A DNA stretch of 64,000 nucleotides from Eledone cirrhosa (lineage: Eukaryota): positions 56,048,001 through 56,112,000 of the forward strand of contig OZ024749.1 of assembly GCA_964016885.1 (NCBI GenBank). Reading direction: 5' to 3'. Each line of letters starts with the position of its first letter. Within the stretch, counting starts at the first letter, position 1. Both the position numbers and the translations under genes were made by a program. The notes below the pieces were generated by a model. It searched no databases, was not told the DNA's origin, and worked only from the letters and a program-made list of their open reading frames with translations. Shown here in pieces: positions 56,313 to 64,000 of this stretch.

Positions 56313-56728
56313 CATACGACCATATATACACACGTGTATATATATATATATATATATATGACATACGACCATATATACACACGTGTATATATATATACAT
56401 ATATATATGACATACAACCATATATACACACATGTATATATATATACATATATATATGACATACAACCATATATATGCACACGTGTATATATATATATAT
56501 ATATATGACATACAACCACATATATACACACATGTATATATATAAATATATATGTCATACAACCACATATATACACACATGTATATATATATATATACAT
56601 ATATACATGACATACAACCACATATATACACACATGTATATATATATATATATAACATAAAACCATATATACACACATGTATATATATATGTATATATAT
56701 ATATATGACACAACCATATATACACACA

Positions 56729-56759
<31 letters not shown>

Positions 56760-56785
56760 GACATACAACCATATAAATACACACA

Positions 56786-56818
<33 letters not shown>

Positions 56819-56905
56819 GACATACAACCATATATATACACATGTATATATATATATATACATATATGTATGACATACGACTACATATATACACACATGT
56901 ATATA
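56310..56905. repeat. GACATACAACCA(TA)nCACACATG(TA)n compound repeat, ~10 copies
   Basis: Direct reading. Confidence 0.9.
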
Positions 56906-57287
56906 TGTCTCCATATTTACACAGAATAATTGATGTAATTTAATTTCCTCACTTTTCTCTTTATGATGAATTTAAAAATAAATTTTTACTTACAAAACTG
57001 TTTACACACACACACACACACACATCGACTAACACACACACACACACATCGACTAACACACACATACACACATAGACTAACACACACACTCACAGACTAA
57101 CACGCACACACACACATATAGACTAACACGCATTCTCACACACATATTACCATAGCCAAATAATCTCACACACACACACCAAAAGAACTCTCCTCTTTAT
57201 CACAGAGCGAAAAAAATATAGTTTAATTTTGAGAAATAAATATTTACGTAAGGTTCATTCCAAATTTATACACACATATATACATAG

Positions 57288-57327
<40 letters not shown>

Positions 57328-57509
57328 GGTGATATATATATATATATAATATGCATGCACCGATATATTATACATTTAAATAAATAAATGTATATAGTAT
57401 ATATTTGACTACGTACGTATTCAAACTCACACATATGTATATATATCAAAATATATTTACATATAAAAATGTATATATATATATGATTATATATATATAT
57501 ATATATATG

Positions 57510-57543
<34 letters not shown>

Positions 57544-57625
57544 TATATATATATATATATATATGATTATATATATATAATTAATGTATATATATATATA
57601 TATATATAAAATTGTGTCCACACAA

Positions 57626-57697
<72 letters not shown>

Positions 57698-58567
57698 TTA
57701 TATGGTGAAAGATTAGTATATAGAAACGTTATGCGATTGATTCCGTTAATTAGTTATGCTAAAGAATGCAAATTTCAGACAGCGCCAGTAAATTAAAACT
57801 GCCTGCGATAATTGCAAAGCAATATATTATATAGAGTGTTCATTACCAGGAGACTGATTGAGATAATTTACTTTGACTATAGAGACTCACACAACAATTG
57901 TACCATTCAATCGCATTTCACAAACTCTCACACATACATATTCTATAAATATATATACATATATGTGTGTGAGGGCATAAAACATACATCCGCTTGGATA
58001 CCCATGTACTCATATATACTTAAAGGTACGGACATACGTGGTCGTACATAACATCACTTTCTCTCTCTTAATTTATCTCTCACTCTATCTCTCACTCTAT
58101 CTCTCACCCTATCTCTGTCATCCTATCTCTGTCATCCTATCTCTCTCACCCTATCTCTGTCATCCTATCTCTGTCATCCTATCTCTCTCACCCTATCTCT
58201 CTCACTCTATCTCTCTCACTCTATCTCTCTCACCCTATCTCTCTCACTCTATCTCTCTCTCACTCTATCTCTCACTCTATCTCTCTCTCACTCTATCTCT
58301 CTCACTCTCTCTCTCACTCTATCTCTCTCATTCTATCTCTGTCATCCTATCTCTCTCACCCTATCTCTCTCACTCTATCTCTCTCACTCTATCTCTCTCA
58401 TCCTATCCCTCTCACCCTATCTCTCACTCTCTCACTCACATGACTTTGTTCTAAATGTAGTTGCCTCAAGTTAAGTACACTATGACCATCAGGCCATCGT
58501 GCCATGAAATTCTACAGACATTGTTTCTGAGACAGACCCTGAGATGGATCTGGAGTATCTTGACTAA

Positions 58568-58735
58568 ATAATTGTTTCTACTTTTGGCACAAAAGTGTAT
58601 TACTGGTACTTTATTTTATCGATCCCGTAAGGATGAGAGGCAAAGTTAACCTCGGCGGGATTTGAACTCAGACCATAAAGGGCCGTAACTCTTTACTTCA
58701 AAGCATGGCGTCCAACGTTCTACCGATACTGCCAT
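58568..58735 (-). mobile_element. tRNA-derived SINE, short form
   Basis: Family body and head. Confidence 0.9.
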
Positions 58736-59078
58736 TGACTAAATAATATGGGGTAAAGTAACTACTATCGATTAGTCACTATATCGATTTATCCTGATTA
58801 ATCAACCCTCTGAAACGATCGTAAAACAATGAACTGTTTAAGCACCCAAAGAACTACGAAGATGTTGGTGGTGGTGATGGTGGTATTTAATTGGTAGATG
58901 TTATTCGTGCGTTCCTATTAGGATTATTGTTAATAATATCTCAATCATCATCACCACCACCACCTCCATCAATGATATAATTACTCCTGTTAATGATGTT
59001 ATGTTTGTAATTTTAGACATTTCCAGAAATAACTGAGAAAACTGTACACTACATGTTAAGTAGCCATGTCTTTTATTG

Positions 59079-59385
59079 ATAATAATAATAATTGTTTCTA
59101 CGTTGGGCACAATTACCCAGTGCATTACTGGTACTTTATTTTATCGACCCCGTAAGGATGAAAGGCAAAGTTAACCTCGGCGGGATTTGAACTCAGAATG
59201 GCAAGGGCCGTAACTCTATGCGTCAAAGCATGGCGTCCGACCCTCTATCGATACTGCCAATCCACCGCACTTTTTGATAATAATAATAATAATGATAATA
59301 ATAGTAATAATAATTGTTTCTACTTTAGGCACAAGGCCAGCAATCACCCAGTACATTACTGGTACTTTATTTTATCGACTCCGTA
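59079..59385 (-). mobile_element. SINE (59079-59268) plus SINE 3' fragment (59305-59385)
   Basis: Family body; AAT tracts between the units. Confidence 0.9.
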
Positions 59386-60058
59386 ATAATAGTAATAATA
59401 ATAATATTAAAGAAAGGCACCATATCCAAGTATTCCATCAGTACAGTCACCACCATCACATTTAGGATTATCAATCAGCTTAATAATCTCCGCCACCACC
59501 ACCACCATTATCACTATCACAACCACCACCAACACCAACACCAACACTAACACCAACACCGCCACTACCACCACTATAACTACTACTACTACCACCACCA
59601 GCAACAGTATGAACAACTTCATAACCGTCATTATAATAATCAAGATTAATCATCATCATGCTTTTCAGCAGCAGCAGCACCACCACCACCACCATCACCA
59701 CCACCATCATCATCACCACCACCACCACCATCATCATCACCACCACCACCACCACCATCATCACCACCACCACCACCATCAACATCAACATCAGTATTAT
59801 TTAATATTATCGATTTTATCATCACTATCCTCTCCATCTTTGTCATTATCATCATCATCGCATTACATATCACCATCATCATCATCATCATCACCATCAC
59901 CACCATCAGTAATGTTCACTCTACGCAGAACCAGCGCCATTTTTACGCCTACCAACTCGACAGACATTAACACAATCTGAAGTCTTGCTGTGTTGTGGTT
60001 AAAAGCATACAGTTAGATATGTACCCACATTCTAACACACATATATACATACATACAG

Positions 60059-60107
<49 letters not shown>

Positions 60108-60201
60108 ACACACCACACACCACACACCACACCACACCACACCACACACATATATATATACATACACACGACCATAACGACACAATCGATATATACATAA
60201 G

Positions 60202-60236
<35 letters not shown>

Positions 60237-60583
60237 GTATATATATATACGTATATATATATATATATATAAGCTTATGTATATATCGATTGTGTCGTAT
60301 ATATATATACGTATATATATATGCATATATATATATGCCTATATATACATATACGTATATACATATACGTATATATATATATACGTATATATATATATAT
60401 ATATATGCATATATATATATGCCTATATATACGTATATATATATATATATATATATGCATATATATATATATGCCTATATATACATATATATATATGCCT
60501 ATATATACATATATATATATATATGCATATATATATATGCCTATATATACATATATATATATATATGCATATATATATATGCC

Positions 60584-60671
<88 letters not shown>

Positions 60672-61080
60672 CCTATATATATATATATATATACACATAT
60701 GCCTATACATATGTGTGTGTCTGTGTGTGTGTAAAACGTATAATGTAGAAGAAATAAACTGAAAATAGATTTTAACAATATAGATAGTATAAATATTGAA
60801 ATAAAATCTAAGTTTTACCCTGGACAAAATTCAGTTTCTGTTATCTGAACCCCTGTAAAGAAAGGCACGTGTACTCAGTTGATCAGCAGGAAACCAATGT
60901 TATCTTGCCCCAAGTAGAATATTCTCGTTTCTGGCTGAAGTAAAGCAAAATATAAAAATATATACTAAACAAATATAATAGTAAACCTAGAAATATTTTC
61001 GAAATTTTGTAAATTTTAATAATAATAATACTTTCTGATTTAGTATGATGATGATGATGATGATAATAATAATATTATCA

Positions 61081-61647
61081 ATAATAATTGTTTCTACATT
61101 TGGCACAAGGCCAGCAATTACCCAAGTGCATTACTGGTACTTTATTTTATCGACCCCGTAAGGATGAAAGGCAAAGTTGATCTCAGCAGGAATTAAACTC
61201 AGACCGTAAAGGGCCGTAACTCTATGCTGCAAAGCATGGCGTCCGACCTTCTACCGATACTGCCAATCCACCGCCACTATTATTAATAATAATAATGGTT
61301 TCTTATATAGGCACAAAGCCAGCAATTTGGGGCGAGGGGAAAGTCGATTAAATCCATCCCAGTGCGTGACTGGTACTTTATTTTATCGACACTGTAAGGA
61401 TGAAAGGCAAATTTGAATTCAGAACGTAAAGGGCCATAACTCCATGCTAATAATAATAATTGTTTCTACTTTAGGCACAAGGCCAGCAATAACCCAGTGC
61501 ATTACTGGTACTTTATTTTATCGACCCCGTAAGGATGAAAGGCAAAGTTAACCTCGGCGGGATTTGAACTCAGAATGGCAAGGGCCGTAACTCTATGCGT
61601 CAAAGCATGGCGTCCGACCCTCTACCGGATACCGCCAATCCACCGCC
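61081..61647 (-). mobile_element. Three tandem SINEs (short 61081-61275, long 61285-61447, short 61448-61647)
   Basis: Head-to-tail copies joined by (AAT)n. Confidence 0.9.
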
Positions 61648-61849
61648 TGGTGGACTGGCAGTATCGGTAGTCCACCGCATGCTAATAATAATAATAATGA
61701 ACTTTAAGATGAGAAATGTGTACAATAAACAAGTCCACAATTTCCAATATAGACTCTGCAGAAGCAGGCATTTATCACAAATGATCTCAACACCAGATTC
61801 CAAATAGATGGAACTAGTTAAAGATATGACCACGTCTATCTCTTCAATC

Positions 61850-62232
61850 GAATCCAGGGTTTTATCAATCCTGTTGGAGAATTCCTTCGCCTTAGTTGAC
61901 CTTCACTGCTTTCTCTTTGGTTTTGGTCATGTCAGGGATGTAGCCGTATTCAGCATGCTTCTCCAGTTGTGGGTTGGTGAGGTTACTAAACTCATAGTTG
62001 GGGTGGATGGCTGTTGACTTTGAAGTGTTCATCCACTCTTTTAAAGGCTCCTGTTTTTTTTAGGTTCCACTTACCCTCCTCCACCAAACTAGGGTCTGGT
62101 GGAGGAGCCGGTTTAGTCGTCGACCACTCGACCATGAAGCAGATTGTACTGGGTTACATGGTACCAGTAGCAGACAGAAGCCACTCAACCATGAATCAAG
62201 TTGTATTGGGTCACATGGTACCAGTAGCAGGT
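61850..62232 (-). mobile_element. Probable RTE 5' region fragment with a tandem-duplicated ~52 nt head
   Basis: Head aligns by eye to 31078-31172. Downstream part (CCATCCACCCCAACT...GGTCAAC) aligns to 14785-14990 and 9005-9120. Confidence 0.6.
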
Positions 62233-62685
62233 AGATGTATGACCCAATCTGATCTATGAGTAAATTGAAGAAACTTCGAAATGACTATCGAAAGAAGATA
62301 TGCATATATTCTTCATAATTGTGGACATGGCTATGTTTTATGTAAGGTATTGCACCCTTCGTCAGTCGGTCTAAAAACAAGAGAATGAGGGTCGTATGTT
62401 TGTGTTATAGCAAACATAGGGAGTCGTCATAAATTAATGGAAAAGAATGCTGAAGAGGAAAGGAACTTGAGATTATGGTCACAAATTTCTCGCTTTCTAA
62501 ATATAGAAGCCAGCAAAATATTCGGCTTAGCACAGAATAAATGAAAGAGAACTGAATGCCACTTTGCAGTATATACAAGACACACACACACATATATACA
62601 AATATATATATACACACACACATATATATATACGCATACACATATATACATATATATAGGCTTCATGTAGTTGTCTTACTATAAG

Positions 62686-62718
<33 letters not shown>

Positions 62719-63220
62719 CATATATATATACATATACATATATATGCTTCATGTAGATGTCTTACTATGAGTAAGAGACCCACACATGCACACATTTATA
62801 TACTTCATGCAGTTATCTTACTTCATCTAGAAATATCGCAAGGCATTAAGTACGGGAAAGCTCAATTAGAAATTCAAAATAGATTAATTAGAATTATAAT
62901 AACTATGACAATTAGAACTGACACACCAAACACATGCACACACATGCACACACACACATAGACACACACACACATACACCCCCCCCCACACACACACATA
63001 TATATTTATACATATGTGTATTTATATATATATGTATATTTATATATATGTGTATTTATATATATGTATATTTATATATATGTGTATTTATATATATGTA
63101 TATTTATATATATGTGTATTTATATATATGTATATTTATATATATGTGTGTGTATTTTAATTTCGAATGTCTCAAAACTTTGTATAACTCAATGACATTT
63201 CATATTAATTATTTCGTCTG

Positions 63221-63265
63221 TACATCTCCACAAATAAATGTTTCTGCATCATTGTGCATCATCAG
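63221..63265 (-). ncRNA. Hammerhead core lacking helix I (probably decayed)
   Basis: Minus: CTGATGA-TGCA(CAATGA)TGCA-GAA-ACATTT(ATTTGTGG)AGATGT-A; flanks do not pair. Confidence 0.4.
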
Positions 63266-63304
63266 TATAAAGTAACTGATAGTCAGCTTCTGATGTTATA
63301 GTAT

Positions 63305-63875
63305 CTTCTTCTTCTTCTTCTTCTTCTTCTTCTTCTTCTTCTTCTTCTTCTTCTTCTTCTTCTTCTTCTTCTTCCTTTTCTTCTTCTTCTTTTTCTTCTT
63401 CTTGTTCTTGTTCTTGTTGTTGTTGTTGTTCGCCTTCTTCGCCTTCTTCTTCTTCTTCTTCTTCTTCTTCTTCTTCTTCTTCTTCTTCTTCTTCTTCTTC
63501 TTCTTCTTCTTCTTCTTCTTCTTCTTCTTTGTTCCCGATTTATTCCTGGGTAGGTAGTGGGGGCAGAGTCCTCAAATACTTGTTCCAGTGAGTCCTGTCA
63601 AAAGCAACCTTCTACAATATATCCTGCTGGATCTCCAAGCAAGACCCACCGAGCTCATGAATGTTATCCAACCATCTTGCTTGGGTTTTCCCCTGTGGCT
63701 GCTGTCGGTTGATTTTGCTCGTAAAATCTGTCCAATGATTCTTTCCTGAGATATTCTAAGCACATGTCCATAGAATCGGCTGGCTGTGATCTCTCAATTT
63801 AGAGAAGTAGCAGCTCTACCTGGAGTTACTCTCTCATCTCCGAGCTACACACTCTATCGAGTAACGTTTCTCGAA
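63305..63875 (-). mobile_element. RTE-clade LINE 3' end fragment with long (GAA)n tail
   Basis: Minus strand gives decayed TLLDRVCSSEMRE*LQVELLLL*IERSQ/RFYGHVLRISQERIIGQIL, same family as 16225-16460. The (TTC)n tract at 63305-63530 is its tail. Confidence 0.8.
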
Positions 63876-63894
63876 ATGTTATATTTGTCATTCT

Positions 63895-63957
<63 letters not shown>

Positions 63958-64000
63958 AAACAGTGTCAAGAAACAGGGAGATAGTTATACATTTATCTGA

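Overview
Repeat-dominated, AT-rich animal genomic DNA, most likely an octopus (coleoid cephalopod). This is inferred from about 20 copies of a tRNA-headed SINE resembling the Octopus OR/OK-type SINEs and from extreme (TA)n/(CA)n/(CT)n/(ACC)n microsatellite density. I found no supportable host-gene exon, so the window reads as intronic or intergenic, and nearly all ORFs in the track are microsatellite translations. The only long real coding region is a stop-free, 5'-truncated CR1-group LINE reverse transcriptase (33488-35047) inserted in an ~8 kb TA/TATG array. Other elements are RTE-clade LINE fragments, a ~600 bp bipartite non-autonomous RTE (31076-31672), Tc1/mariner-type MITEs, Penelope-like (PLE) end fragments and many minisatellites. 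The most interesting signals are RNA structures. There are two near-complete minimal type-I hammerhead ribozyme motifs (4092-4162 minus, 13742-13789 plus) and several decayed ones. There is also a conserved, covarying, possibly pseudoknotted 5' leader on RTE-derived elements (a candidate self-cleaving or RT-recognition RNA) and a GC-rich 109 bp nested palindrome. All structures were read by eye, family names come from motif recognition rather than searches, and repeat boundaries are approximate.
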